Below, in pieces: positions 35,846-48,886 of a stretch of DNA of 64,000 bases. Position 1 is the stretch's first letter; every line of letters begins with the position of its first letter. The notes below the pieces were generated by a model, which was given only the letters and a program-made list of their open reading frames with translations, had not been told where the DNA came from and made no database searches. Both the position numbers and the translations under genes were made by a program. Source of the stretch: Moniliella sp. 'wahieum'. Taxonomy: Eukaryota. Location: contig RSEE01000004.1 of assembly GCA_003971905.1 (NCBI GenBank), positions 186,001-250,000 of the forward strand, read 5' to 3'.

Positions 35846-36873
35846 TCATCCCACTGCCCACACTTGGATGCTGCCATCGGTACCGGCTGACACACCTTTG
35901 GCAGAGCCATCAGGGCACGAAACAAGGTCACTCCAAAGTACCTGCACCGCTCTCGAATTTTTACTTGGAGGGGTATGGAACGAGGTACAGGCCGCTGGCT
36001 GTAATGGGGGCACGCCATTGGGGACGACATCGGCTGATGGTATTGACTGGGTGTCCCATAGGTAGACTTTCCCGTCTTCTCCTCCACCCAAAGCGGCTGT
36101 CCCATTGGATAGAATGTCTGCGTGACAGCGATAGTTTTGGTGCGGAGCACCCTCTAGCCTAGCCAACAGGGAACCGTTGTTGATGTCCAATAATCGAGGG
36201 GGAGCGTGCAAAGCGGTGACGAGCATGCGGGAATCCGCGTCCAGCACGATACTAGTGACTGGGTCGCCCATATCGTCCGCGAACATGGTACCGGACCGAA
36301 CATCGTAGATGCGAACAAACCCATCGACGCTACCACTGACAAAGGTATGGTCACCAGTAGCCAAAGTGAGGATAGCATCCTTGCCTTCGGGCAGCTCCAT
36401 CAGAGGTCTCCCGCCCTGAGAGCGCAAGTCATATATGCGGACCATGCCATCAAAACCTCCCACTGCAAGGGTGCTCCCATCAGGGCGAAATGGTCCTGCT
36501 GAGTTCACATTGCGGCCGGCAAAGACGACCGCGTGTGTTCGGCCGCTGGTGCTGCCTTGCAGCCTGCGGACCGGGGAGGCAGTGACCACGTCCCATAAGA
36601 TGACGTTCCGGTCGTTCCCGGCACTTGCAAACGTAGAATTATCCTGCGTCACATCGATCGCCAGAACCTCACGAGCAGTTGCCTTGTAGGATTCAATGGG
36701 GATATGCAGGCCTTCTTTGCTGAGCGTGTCGGCTGGGGGCTGGACGCGTTCCACAAACAGACCCGCCCGTCAGCGCCGCCAGTTAAGACGTACTTGCCCT
36801 TGGAAGCCAGACGAGCTACATGCACAGGGCCGGTATGGGCGTGACTGTACCGGGGTCCACGCTCGATACGCAT
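35846..36873 (-). CDS. WDR83: WD repeat protein WDR83/MORG1
   Basis: AHTGPVHVARL..KGKYVLTGGADGRVCLWN; DNSTFASAGNDRNVILWDV; GFDGMVRIYDLRS; GSVDGFVRIYDVRSG; GGEDGKVYLWD. Confidence 0.85.
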
Positions 36874-37118
36874 GAGCCGACGCGCAAGAAGGTGGGAGTT
36901 GTGGAGTTGCCGAGGTGATCAGTGCATTGGAACATGGAAAGCGGCGGGCGGAACAATGCGAGTAGAAATCGGAATCCGGGACGACTCTCGCGAAAGCTGG
37001 TGGTTACGTTATTTGTCGCTTGTCAACACGGTGGCGCGACAACGAAGTAATTTAATTGGTTTGACCATTCTGTACGCACCACTGGGCGTGGCGCCCAACC
37101 ATCGCCCAATCCAGCCAC

Positions 37119-38445
37119 ATGTCCGAGCGCGGCGGAGCCGACGAGATTGGCGACCCCAGCGACTGGAGGGAGAGATGCGCTGGGCTGCTTCATTAGACTC
37201 GAGCATGCGGTGTGAACTGTGCTATGACGTGTTCGTCGCACCCGTCAGTCTACGCGCCTGTGGCCACGCGTTTTGCAGCGTCTGCATCCGGACCCACATC
37301 AACCAGCCCCAAGCCAAGGGTCAATTCTGCCCCAAGTGTCCAGCCAAAGGCGTATGACTCGAGCCTTGTGCCCCAACCAGCACTTGAGATTGCAGCCGAT
37401 GTCTGGAGATCCAACCGCTCGCGGTTGCGTGCTGCCCTTGAACGCCAAGCCCACGATGCCGCCACGATTGCCCAATTAGAACAACGGATCCGCTCACTTG
37501 AGGCAATAGTTCAAGAGCAAAATCAACGAACCCATCCCGAATCTTCGATGATGGAAGAAGATATTACTGCCCCCCTCCATCCTCCTGACGAGATGAAAGA
37601 GGATGAGCCGTTTGATCGCAACCTCGAAGTTGTCCAAAAGATAGGACCGGGGCTCCAGTTCCCTCCCTCTGGCCAAGCGGAGCCGGAAGCTCCACGGCAA
37701 ATCCGCGGCCCATCCTCCAAGCCCTCCTCCCTACTCAAAAGAAAGAGGTCTCGCAGTAACAATTCGGACAACTGTGACGTTGAGATTGTTCAGGCCACTC
37801 CCAAAGCGCTCAATCGCCATTTGGATAGTGGCCGGTGCAAAGCTGACGAGAATCCAAGTCAAAGGGGACCCAGTCCTCCTCTGGCGCATCGCCTGACCGC
37901 TCAAACTCACGAAATGAGGTATGTGCGCCCGTTTCGTCCCGTTTGCGTAAACGAGCAGCAACAGGACGGATTGGGTCGGACGTGACGGCTTTCTTTGGCG
38001 GCAGCGCCCCTGACAATGCTCTTGACCCCCAAGCCAAACGATTGGTTCGGCCCCATTACCATGGACAACGGGATAAGGACCTGCGCAAGTTACTCAAGGA
38101 TGCAGGTCTTTCAGGGGTGGGATCGCGCCAGCGAATGATCCAACGGCACACTCAATGGGTCAACTTTTGGAACGCAAATATCGATGCTACCCCTTCTTTG
38201 CGCAAGTCGACGGCCGAACTTCGATCCCAATTGCACCAGTGGGAAAATAAAGTGCTTGACGCCTACCGCCCACCTTACCCTCCGGCAAGACCTCTTCTTC
38301 GGCAGTGTCAAGTGACGCATGGGTTGCCGTTCACCGAGATCAATTTCGTGACCTGGTCCGAGCCGCCCGCACTTCGGCTATGCACGAACGCAAATGTCTT
38401 GCTGAGTCGACTACGAAGGAGGCCAATGTTTCCGTTGAGCGGTGA
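37119..38445 (+). CDS. RAD18: E3 ubiquitin ligase RAD18 (RING + SAP); frameshifted
   Basis: LDSSMRCELCYDVFVAPV...CGHAFCSVCIR...CPKC (RING); DKDLRKLLKDAGLSGVGSRQRMIQRHTQWVNFWNANID (Rad18 SAP region). Confidence 0.9.
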
Positions 38446-39474
38446 TGCCCAGGACGGAAGGACCAGTGTTTATGCTCGCCATGGGGGAGATCTGCATGAT
38501 ACCCCTCGGTTGTTGTGCCGCATCTTGTTGTCCCCCACTCTGTACCGTATTGTTACCCCCTCTCACCTCTCATCCGTACTTTTGACTATGGGAACTATGC
38601 TCATAATGCTATTTGAGTTTCTCTGATATAGAAGCTCGGGCTCTCCCTGTTGGTTCTCCATGGCCGGACTGACATCCAGCATCAAGTGGTCAACGCAGGC
38701 TTCGCCCTGTTTTCTATCTAGATGCAGTCTCATAAAGGCTGGAAAACAAAATGTCATTGAAAAATGTCCTTGCTACAACAAGATAAATGCTTGTGGCTTG
38801 TGTTCTCATCGTCAATAACGAAAACCTTCAAGCTTCAGTCCCGAACAACTCTTCTTTCTATAGCTTTTCGGTTCCAACAATGGAAAACGGCTTGTAAGTG
38901 CGATGTTATTTCTTGTCTTGGCCCCACCCCCACCCTCTGGAGCAGTTGGGCTCTTCCCAGATGCAACACATCGCTACTCTGATTCAAGCCTCTCCTGCTC
39001 TCGGTTATGATAACGTCGCTTTCTTTTATGCATCGCGGTTCCTGATGGGTCCCGTTTCCCTAGGTCCTGACCAAATTGATCATACAGAATCGAGACATGC
39101 ATGTGAGGGGAAGGGAGAAAAGTGTACAGATGCCGTTTGGACAAGATGGCTCGTCGGCTATTGACGAGGAGAGAGGGAGGTGAAAGGCCTGAGGGCAAAA
39201 TCCGGGGGGATAGGTGAAGCCGTCGTTGGGAAGGAAAAATGGAGTTGTAGGCACATGTGTATTGGGCACAGGGACGTCTTGAAAGCTTTCCCCCCTCCCC
39301 ATTCCCGGCATGGTAGATGAGGAGGAGAGGTGATATGAGAGAAGAAACATTGGGGAGAAACCCAGGTGTCGAAAACCGAAAACAACAGAAAAAAAGGTGT
39401 ACACCATCTGCGTTTCGTGCGTATAGCAGAGGTGGGGCTCGCACAATCCACGAGGGAGCGAGAGGTACCGGCTT

Positions 39475-41293
39475 CTAATTTGGGCGGCGGCCTGGAGGAG
39501 GTGCACCGTTGGATGCCGCATCATATTCAAAGGCGGGAAGGACGAGGGGGGGTTGTGTGGCCCCCGTTCCCAGATGAATGGGTTGCAAGGCAACGGGCGC
39601 AGGGCATCGTTGGCGGGCCGCCCCTAGTTTGATTATGTGGCTGGCTCGGCCCAATGGAGGGGGCGGGGAACCTGATTCAACAGAAGCGCGTGTCCGATGC
39701 TGGCCAATCGAAGTTAGCGTGGGCACCTCGAACGATTCCACCGATGTCGTATGCCCCGGGAACGAGTCAACCGCCCGTGGCTCCGCACCGGCCATCCGAG
39801 CCGCCTGCTGCGGAAAAGCCAGGGGTGCGGTAGGTAGGACCTTCCCAGCTGAACCGGTGGGGCTGTTGAAACCCTCGTCCGTTCGACGGATCCAGCTCAG
39901 AGCGCTGTCCTGTAGGGAAACCTCCGGTAGCCAGCTGCTGGCTGAGCAAGTACTGGTATATAAAGACTTGAGACGGATCCAATCCACTCGCAACCCAAGC
40001 TGAGCTCGCTGGAGCGCTTCAGAGTCATACGCGCCACGAAACATCCTACCTGTGTTGTTGTCGAAAACAAGAGGAGGGTTAGCCAGCCCTCAGCACAGCC
40101 ACGGCAAAGAAATGGGTACGGTCAACTCACCCTCTCGTGTCCGCGAAGCGAACCGGGCGGGCGGAAGAGGGTCGGGTTGGTCTGTGTCTTCGGTACGAGA
40201 GCTGAACCGAGATGCACTTCCCTCCATGCAAGCTCCATCAATCGCCGTGATCGCTGCCTCGGCCTCGGCGGGTGTAGCCATCGTGACAAACCCAAACCGC
40301 GGGACTCGGTTGTGCCCTGATGATAAACAACGTTGGCATGAAGTACCTGTCATTTGTGCGTTTATTGCACCACCGCCACCCAGCTGCCCGTTAGCGCACT
40401 CGGCAGCTTCACAGCACGAATATAAAAGCACTCTTCTCCCCGCAGAGGGGATGTAGGTGAGAAATACGTACCTGTCCATAAGGTTCGAACATAGGCCAAA
40501 CCCTGGTGGTCAATGTGGCTGGGTAAGCAACGGATATAGAGTGCATTGCCTGGATTGCGTTCATCTGCCTCGCCGTCGTAGCCGTCGCCTGGGTGGGAGA
40601 AGTGGGTACGGTTGTGTGTGTAGAGTAGTCACGCTCGGCGCGCTGAACGTGGGGCACGAGGCAGCGGACTCCGACTCCGACTCCGGTCCCGTCTCTGCCG
40701 TGAGGCCCATTGGCCCCGATCCAAGTCCATGTCCAGCTCAGAGCTGGTTTCGCGATGGCGGAGGGTAGCATTACCCTGTGAGGGAATCGCTCGATGGAGA
40801 ACGGCGGCGGGTGATGCACATGACCTTCCGGGTCATCAGATCCACTGTTGGTCCAAACAGAGGGTCGTCCTGTTGAAGGGGACTGAGAGGCGGAGGGGGA
40901 CTGAGAGGCGGAGGGGGACTGAGAGGGGAGGGGGACTGAGAGGCGGAGGGGGACTGAGAGGCGGAGGGGGAAGAGTGGTCAAGACGGACCGAGTCAGAGC
41001 GGACGGACCAGCGAGAGCTGTGATCGTAGTCCTGATGGTTGTCAAACATGGGGGGAGAGAGTTGGGACGGAGAAGTAGGTGCTTGTTCGTCGCTGAGAGC
41101 GTCGCTGGGCGGGTGGGCATGACGAACTGGGGTCGAGGTAGGGATGGGGAGGGGGGGCAGAAGATGAAAGGTAGGGAATAAGGCAAGGCAGAACACGTGT
41201 CAGTGCATGCAAGAGCAGATGAGACGCGGAGGGTTGCGTGGAGGCGGTGCGAGGCAGAGAAGAGAGAGACACACGGGCAGTAGCAGCCGCCAT
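39475..41293 (-). CDS. Single-RRM RNA-binding protein with a Pro/Ser-rich N-terminus; boundaries uncertain
   Basis: NALYIRCLPSH...MFEPYGQ (RNP2 region, followed by a GTACGT intron) and RFGFVTMATPAEAEAAITAIDG (RNP1). Confidence 0.6.
40878..40966. repeat. 18-bp coding tandem repeat x5 (PPPLSP on the minus strand)
   Basis: GGGGACTGAGAGGCGGAG x5; the third unit lacks one C. Confidence 0.92.
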
Positions 41294-41572
41294 GGTGGGG
41301 CCTGTGAGGACGGGACGAGAGAGGAGGATGAGAAGAGGCAGCCGAAGCAGAATGGGGTGGTGGTGGGAGAGAAGGGGGTGGACAGTACCGTCGGGGGTCT
41401 CGGGGGTTGGGGCGGGAATGTGTGGGTTTTAGGTTGGTGTTAGTACGGTGTATGATGCATGATGCATGATATATTGAGGCAAGATGCTTGCCGCCTGCAC
41501 TGCACCCTGTGCCCAGAGTACGTGCAGCGGCCGAGCCCCGACAGCTCCTGGCGGCGCAGCAGCCAGCAGCAG

Positions 41573-41605
41573 GCCGCCGCTTAGCCGCCGCTTAGCCGCC
41601 GCTTA
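41573..41605. repeat. 11-bp tandem repeat x3
   Basis: GCCGCCGCTTA x3; each junction forms GCTTAGC. Confidence 0.88.
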
Positions 41606-42298
41606 GCAGCCGGACCGGGGTTCGTGGGTCTTTGGGTGTGGCGACAGGTGGGGAGGACGACCAGGGGTCTATAATCGATCTAACATCCATCCCTATCAGC
41701 CCTCAAATCCAACGCTCAACGTCGCTCACCGTCAAGATTCAATCCCACGTATAACAGTGGCAACAGCAAACAAGCGACCTGGATTGCTTCTCCCTCTTCG
41801 CACACACATTTAAAGGTGCAGAGCGCAGACTACATATACATACCACCCGCTGTTTCGCCTACTTATCTGGAGCCACGATGCGCAGGCATCAGCAGTGCCC
41901 TGCCTTCCCAGCACCATCCTCCCGGCATTACCAGCTACCTAGGTCCTACTTACTCCCTATGCTGCGTTTTCTCGCTTCAATGCAAGTCCCTCCTCAGTGT
42001 GGAGCAAGCGACGGCGACGCGCGGACGCGGGACGGCTCACGCGCTCACGTGTGACATGTGACATGTGATGCATGGCCAAATTACAATCATGATTTTGATG
42101 TCTCGGATCGTCACAGACATGGCCTGCTCTCCACGCCACAATCTGCCCCACACTCTCCCCATGAGTGCATGAGCCACTTCCTCAGCCTCCCAGCCCATTC
42201 CGCCTGGCGCATTCCGCGCTGAGCACCGCGCACAGACACGTTGCAGCAACCCGAATATAACCCGCCCCTCCATCACCATCTCCGCCTCCGTTGGCTTC

Positions 42299-42843
42299 AT
42301 GGACGCCTGGCGCAAAATCGACATCGACCAATGGGACGAGGACCGCGTGCTCGAGGCGGAGCTCGCACCCATCGATCCGCGTTCGGCCGCCGAGGTGCTC
42401 TCTGCTGTGCGCCAAGCCGGCCAGCAGGCCCGCTCCTCATCTCGAGCGGCGATCAGCCGGGTGCCCTGGCTGCGCTCCTCGCTGAGCCACCATATGGCCC
42501 CGATGTCGAAGTGGGCGAGGCAAAACAGCTTGTTCTCGCCTCGCTTCTCGAAGTGCTCAACTCGACTCGATCCACCGAAATTGCCAAAACCATCGCCTCC
42601 CTCGACTTGGACACAACACGACCTGCTCATGGCATATCTTACAAGGGTCTCGCCCACCCAGAGAATGGCGCATCGGCAGTACTCCTCCAATGGCATGAGA
42701 AGGTACGTTGATCCAGCCCTGCGGCCGCAGCTTGTTGTACGAATGTTCTGCGCCCTAACCTGCTCTATCTTTCCTGTAAGCTTACCGAGGTTGCTGGCGC
42801 TGGCAGCATTGTTCGCGTCATGACTGATCGTCGGAACCTTTAA
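42299..42843 (+). CDS. ARC15: Arp2/3 complex subunit 5 (ARPC5/Arc15); intron 42703-42780
   Basis: MDAWRKIDIDQWDED...LMAYLYKGL...SAVLLQWHEK / LTEVAGAGSIVRVMTDRRNL*. Confidence 0.92.
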
Positions 42844-43429
42844 TGTAACAGTGGTGCGCTCATCCTCTTGGGTCATGGACTCGTTTTTCAACATGTCAAC
42901 CCAGAATTATTGAAATGCACTGATATCTAGCAGCTCATCGACTTTGGCGTTGCCTTTCCGCTGCCCTCCGCGGCTAGGCACAGTGGAACATCTGATCCCA
43001 CTTTTCTCGGGCCCCTAATCTGTGAAGCAGAGCCTGGCCGGAGTGACTTTGTAAATGGCGATGGAGCTTTGTCTCCATTCAATATCCAAGGTCTCATGAG
43101 CACACGAGGTTGTTAGGCTTGCTTTCTCTCCAAGCTCCCCCCTTCGTTTCCCTTGGTCCCAGCCAACGCCAGCGCTGGTACTACGGCACCCCCTTGATAT
43201 GATAACTGCACTCCCCTTCTCGGGGCTTGCAGTTGCATACATCCATTCGAGCCAAGCACAAGACATGGCTTGCATTGCAGTTGAGTGCTGGCTACTCCTT
43301 AGCAGACCGTCAAGGGATGAGCTTGTGGGCGCAAAGGGGCTTCAAAACCCGTTGAAGCATCTGAAGTCACCCTTCTATATAGCTCCCCACAAGTCCCTTG
43401 TTTTGGTCTTACTCCTTGCCGTGAGCGCG

Positions 43430-44480
43430 CTAGGTTGAGGCCTGAGGCTCAATTCAACCCACAGGCGTGGGCTTCCCTCTGGCCTGATCGATCTGATCGC
43501 CTATACTTTTCATGATGCAGGACGCCCTGAGCTGGCAGTCACACGATGACATTGCTTGATTGCCATTTCTGTCGGTATATCCCCCGTGGCCCATAGGTAC
43601 TCCGCCGAGGTTTAAGACAAAGGCATCCAGTCTTCAGAGGCTAAAAGCGGAGAGGCGTCTGAACGCCTGAATGAGGGACAGGAACCAGCCACTATAGATT
43701 CAGGCGTGAGCGCCTGCTCCAGGCCTCGGGCCCATAGGAGACCTGGAATATAAATGAGCTTAATGAGCGACGCGGCATGGTCTGTGGAGAACTCAGACTC
43801 AGATCTCAGATGATACACATCAGGTACTCAGTACTCAGCCCGTTATCATGCGCATGTGCATGACTTGCACATTACTCACTCTCTCTATAGTGAGACTCTA
43901 GTGACTAGTGATGCATGGTGCATGACGCGTGACGTTAGATTATCTCGACATCGGCCGCTAGCAAAAGAGTTGACAGGGGTTGGCTCTGCGCCCACGCACC
44001 TGTAGGTAACGCAGGAGTGCTGTGGGAAGATAGTGGTCGATGGGGTCAAACGAAGCTGGGGGAGGGGAACCTTCGGCATCTGGTCGCCAGCTCAAGCAGC
44101 ACAAGCTCAGGCCCAGGCACTACTGTCACATATAATGTCACGCGTCACGCGTCACGCGGCATTACACTATGGATCACCAAGTCACGGAAAGTCACGCATG
44201 TCACATCGCGTCACCGATCTCAGCGCCTCAGTAACTAGTAAGGACCAGGTCTTGCAGCGTGAGAAGTAGGTTCCGTTGAACGTTGGAACGCGGATGAATA
44301 TTGAATCGATGAATACAATCCAAGAGTGGGGAGCGGGTATCTCGGTGTACTCGATCGTGGGAGTTGTGCATGATCGTGTGCAGATTCCCGGTTGGAGACG
44401 AGAGACCAGCCAGGGTCGTCGCGCACGCGTCACACATGAGCGACCTCTGAGATCTGAGATTGGGCGGCTCAGCGCAGAGC
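43430..44480. repeat. Palindromic heptamer arrays upstream of GH32
   Basis: TGAGGCCTGAGG ~43437; AGATCT-C-AGAT 43801; AGTACT-C ~43830; TCTAGT-G-ACTAGT-G-ATGCAT-G-GTGCAT-G-ACGCGT-G 43897-43931; (ACGCGTC)n ~44140-44158. Confidence 0.9.
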
Positions 44481-44561
44481 GGCTGCAGCCAGGTGCAGGC
44501 ATCGTTACAAAACTGGCGCCATGCCGGTTCCGAAATAGCGCCGCCGGTTAAATTTTAAAGT

Positions 44562-46771
44562 ATGCCCGTGCCAACAGTGGCGGCAGCGTTGGCTTGTAGC
44601 CGACGGATCGGCTGTGCGAGCCAGCAGCAGCCCGCGGGGCGGGAACAGCGCTTTCATGAGAGATTCAAGCCTGTACTTGTTCCACCACCCTCTCTCACAT
44701 GGCCACCCGCTCGCCCGACCCACGATTTTCGGATCAGGCCTTGGCCGAAGCTGCAGACCGACTGGAAAACGCGCCCCTATTTCATGCCCATCGCCCAGGT
44801 GCGTCGCACGTGTGCCGATGAACCCCATAATACTACCTTCGGGTCGCATCCAGCCCCGACTGACATATTTTCGTGTTCGTTCCTGTCTGTCATCAGGTGC
44901 CCACGTCATCGCCCCCTTTGGTTGGCTCAATGAACCTACTGGCCTCGCCCTTCTTCCCGACCCTCACACCCGCACGCCCACCTGGCACCTGTACTACCAG
45001 TTCAACCCGCTCTCTTCCGACTGGGGCAACGTCAGCTGGGGCCATATCCAGTCCACCGATCTGGTGCATTGGACGCCACCTCCGCCCCCCCATCCCTTTC
45101 CACGCGTACCAGCCTTGTCCTTAACTCCCTCGCGAGGTGGGCCTGCAGCAGAGGGGTATTCAGTGGCTGTGTGCGTCCTTGGCCCAGGTCGGCGGAGAGG
45201 AGCAGGACACTGGACTCGCTTGTCTTTACACTGCTGTGTGTCGCCTGCCTCTGCACTGGAGTTTGCCCTACCGTCGTGGGACCGAGAAGCTGGCATTGGC
45301 CACGACCGCGGACGGTAGCCACCTCACTCCCCTTGCTGTCCTCCTTTCTGGCCCGCCCGAGCATCTGGACGTGACAGCATGGCGAGATCCCTTTGAGGCG
45401 GCGTGGCCGGCACTCCGTTCCTTGTTGGACCAGGTGGCGCCTTGCCCCAATCCGATCGATTTGGCCTCTTAGCTGGTGGTCTACAGAAAAAGGGTCCCTG
45501 TCTTTTCCTCTACAGCCTGCCGGTGCATTCGACGGGCGCACCGACTACCGTCAGCCCTGGGCATACGAAGGATTGGCACTCCATTTGCCTTTGCACACGT
45601 CTCTGGGCACCTACTCGGCCGACCTGGGAACCAACTGGGAAACGTCCGGCGTGCTGCGCTTCCCTACCCCGGGGCCATCCGGTCGCAACGAGACGGCCTA
45701 CTTCTGCTCGGCGTCGAGGGCAGTTGTGCCTTGCGACGCGATGGCAAGCCGTGTCAAATCCTTCGCGGACCAGCGGGAACGCACGCTGGATCGCTGTTCG
45801 CCTTCCCTCCCAGGCGCCTTCCGACCCACACGCCTCCCTCCTGACCCCCCTCGCCTCAGCCGCGCGGACTATGGCTCGTTCTATGCCCCCCACACGCCGG
45901 GGGGGCAGGAAGACGCAGTGAGCAAGTTGATTTGGGGTGGGTGACCGAAGACAGTTTGACCGCCTCGGGCCGTGGACTCAGGGATGGGCAGGGTGCTTGT
46001 CAGTACCGAGGGATGTGATGCACCAAACCATCTTGGGCGTCGCTGGCAGTCTCTTCCCCGTCCCGCTGCCGCAGACCGGCTTGGTCTGGACCGACGCGGA
46101 CGACGTGGGTACGGTCCATCTGCTTGGTACGCGGCCATCTCAGGTAGTTTGGCCCCAGTTGCTCACTGGGCGGAGGTCCACTCACTCACCCCGATCCCAT
46201 TGCCCTCCCCGCCCCGCACGAGCCACCACCCACCAGGTGCCCCTCGTGCCCCATGCCCCGCCGAGCTGGGCGTAACATGGGCGGTGCGGACGCGGATCGT
46301 GTTACCTGTCTCGCCCAGGGCGCGGGTGGGCGTCGTGATTAAGCACCATGGGATGGGCAGTCGAGCTGGCTCTGGATCAAGGAAGGAAGAGATGACCAAG
46401 GACAGACCGTGGTGTATTTTGACCCGCTTGCTTCCACTTGGTTGTCGACCGAAGTGCGTCGCATGCGCACCTGGTTGACGGGGAGGGGAAGCAAGTGGAA
46501 GTAGACAGGACCGAGGACTGGGGTCCTCTTCCCCTTTTACCGTCCTCCTTGGGCCCGGCGCCCGAGGCGATCGAGCTGAGCCTCTTTTTTGACGGCAGCG
46601 TGCTGGAAGTGTTTGCCAACGATCGTTTGCGTTGACCAGCCGCATTACCCTGCCACCACCCACCATTCCCTCTGGGGCTTTGTGCACGCCAGCCCCGGCC
46701 CTGGCACAACAATGGTCCTAGGCCCGACCGAGGTTTTTGCCAAGGTACCGCGCACCGTGACAGCCGCCTAA
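44562..46771 (+). CDS. Glycoside hydrolase family 32 (beta-fructofuranosidase/inulinase-like); no obvious signal peptide; intron 44799-44896; frameshifted
   Basis: GWLNEPTG, WHLYYQFNP, WGHIQSTDLVHW, GVFSGC, AWRDPF, NWE, DYGSFYA, GWAGCLSVPR, FDGSVLEVFANDR. Confidence 0.9.
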
Positions 46772-47586
46772 TCGAGCCTGAGTCTCGTAGGCATATGCCT
46801 CATGCAGAGGCATGCGTGTTATGCCTTGCCCATCCTACTGCCCAGCCTCACAGCACCCAGAAGGCCATGCCACACACATCCTGGTATGTGCCTTCGTGCG
46901 CGCTGGAGCAAGGCGGGAGGCAAGCTGCGAGGCTCGGTGGCAGGGGGTCGGGGGGGGGGTGGTGCTTGAATCGTACTGAACGCTGAGCTTCCCCAACTAG
47001 ACACCCGGCGCTAGCGAATGGCGGCGGCACGTCGCAACCAATCTGGCTAACGTGCAATCCAAGCTCCCCTGTTCAAACCGCACTGCACGCGCACTGAACG
47101 CGCTCGCAAAGCAGGCAAAGACAAATCAATGCATGATCCGTCAGGGCTCCTCGAAGCATGGGTGGGGCCGACATCCAGCCATGACAAAACAGCGCACGAG
47201 GCTAGAAGAGAACCGTTAGCCAGGGAACAGAACAGCGCTGAGATCGGGAATCGCACATAGGTCCGATGCCTACTTGGTGACGCGGGCCCATTCCGCACAA
47301 GCGCGCGCAAACCCGGCGCAAGGCAAGGCAAAATACTAGAACGACGGCGAACAGAGCGGCGAAACAGCCTGAGAGGCGTCGGGGGATCGGATGGACGAAA
47401 CGAGTTCCAACAGCCATCAACGTCAACACCAGGAAAGGTATATGGGTACGACCGGCCGTGAACGGTGCATGGAAGCACGCAATCATTAATCATAGTGGGC
47501 AGGCTGGTCCGGCAACAGGAACAGATCCCAGGCGGAGTGAAGCGGGTGGCGGGGGAAGAGAAGAGCAAGCGGCAACCCACAGGGTG

Positions 47587-48886
47587 TCATGCTTCGCTAG
47601 GTAGGTGAATTGGGGTCAGTTCGTAGTCCAGCGCCTCCTTTTGTGCCGTCTCGGCGACGAGCATTCGTCCAAGTGTGAAATGGGCCGGACCATCGGCCCC
47701 GTCGGGTGGGGGGGAGAGAGGACCGGTACCGCCCCGTCGGCACCACACGGTCAACGAAAGCCCGAACGGACTCGATCGAATCCAAGCAGCTTGGATCGAG
47801 AGCGGCGGGCAGTGTGGGCAGAAGCATGGCGTGGGTCCACATGGGGGTGCCCAGGCCGACCAGGTGTGAGGAAAGTGAGTCTGGACCGAGGTGGGGGTGA
47901 GCAGAGCACGCGCCTTGTTTTCCAACTTTCTGGCTTCCTCCATTTTGCCCAATGCGTGGTAAGGTGCGAGGCAAACAAGGTCAGATCCCCACTGGTTTTG
48001 CCCAGAGACAGGCTTTTTGGTCAAGTACCGCGTCACCCATCCTTCCAATAGGCCGCTCGAAGCAGCGTAATCCGAGCCCGCAGCATCATCATGAGCGCAT
48101 CAAAGGCCTGGGCCCAGGGACGAGGACGCTTGCGCAGCTGCTGCATCGCATGATCAAGAGAGGGAAGAGCTGCTCCCACTCGGCAGCGCCTCGTGCATCG
48201 GTCGACCGTTCCAGCGGGAGTGTCATGGGCGCTTCCATCTCAGCCCGGACCTGGAGAAGAGGAAGGTTCCGAAGGACAGCGCAAGCGTTGATCCCGGGCC
48301 CAGGAAGCATATGCGTACAGCAAAAGCTGTCAGCTAGCATCAGCGCGACAGTATCCCACTTTCTGCTATTCAGGCCACTGGGCGAGCTGATCAGTGCATC
48401 GGCTCGCTTCTTGACACTGTGCGCTGTTTCGCGGTAGTGGGTGTACAACTCCTGGCACATTGGTCCCGTCCATCGTGAAGCAGAGGAACGAAGCGCGGGG
48501 GTGGGATTGTTGCTAGCCCGTTGTAACGCAATCTGAACGTGGTCCGCTACCCTGCGAGGGGGGGGACTTGATCTTCCGCTCACCCTTTCGGGACTCTGTT
48601 TTATCCTGAACCTTGCGCGGCTGGCCTGGGGCGCGTTCGCGAGCCGGCGTCTCCGACGTTTCTCGCCTCTCCGATCCTGGTGAGGAGGTCCCTCTGGTAC
48701 TTTCCTTGGACCGATCTGAACCGAGCGGCGACCGGCGCAGGTGAGGGAGAGGTGTGACGCTTCCAGCCGACATGGCCTTGGCTCCTCTCTGAGATGAGAG
48801 AGAGATCGGTTGGCAGGGGCGTTGGATTGGGTCGAAGGCTTGGGTTCTGGCCTCGGGCTCTCCTCGTCCGGCGCCGTTCTGTTCAT
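47587..48886 (-). CDS. Hypothetical protein: disordered N-terminus plus a helical C-terminal domain (possibly AFF/Ebp1 C-terminal-like)
   Basis: Protein-like segments across frames (YTHYRETAHSVKKRADAL...; ARALLTP..VQTHFPHTW...LGRMLVAETAQKEALDY). The family assignment is tentative. Confidence 0.45.
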
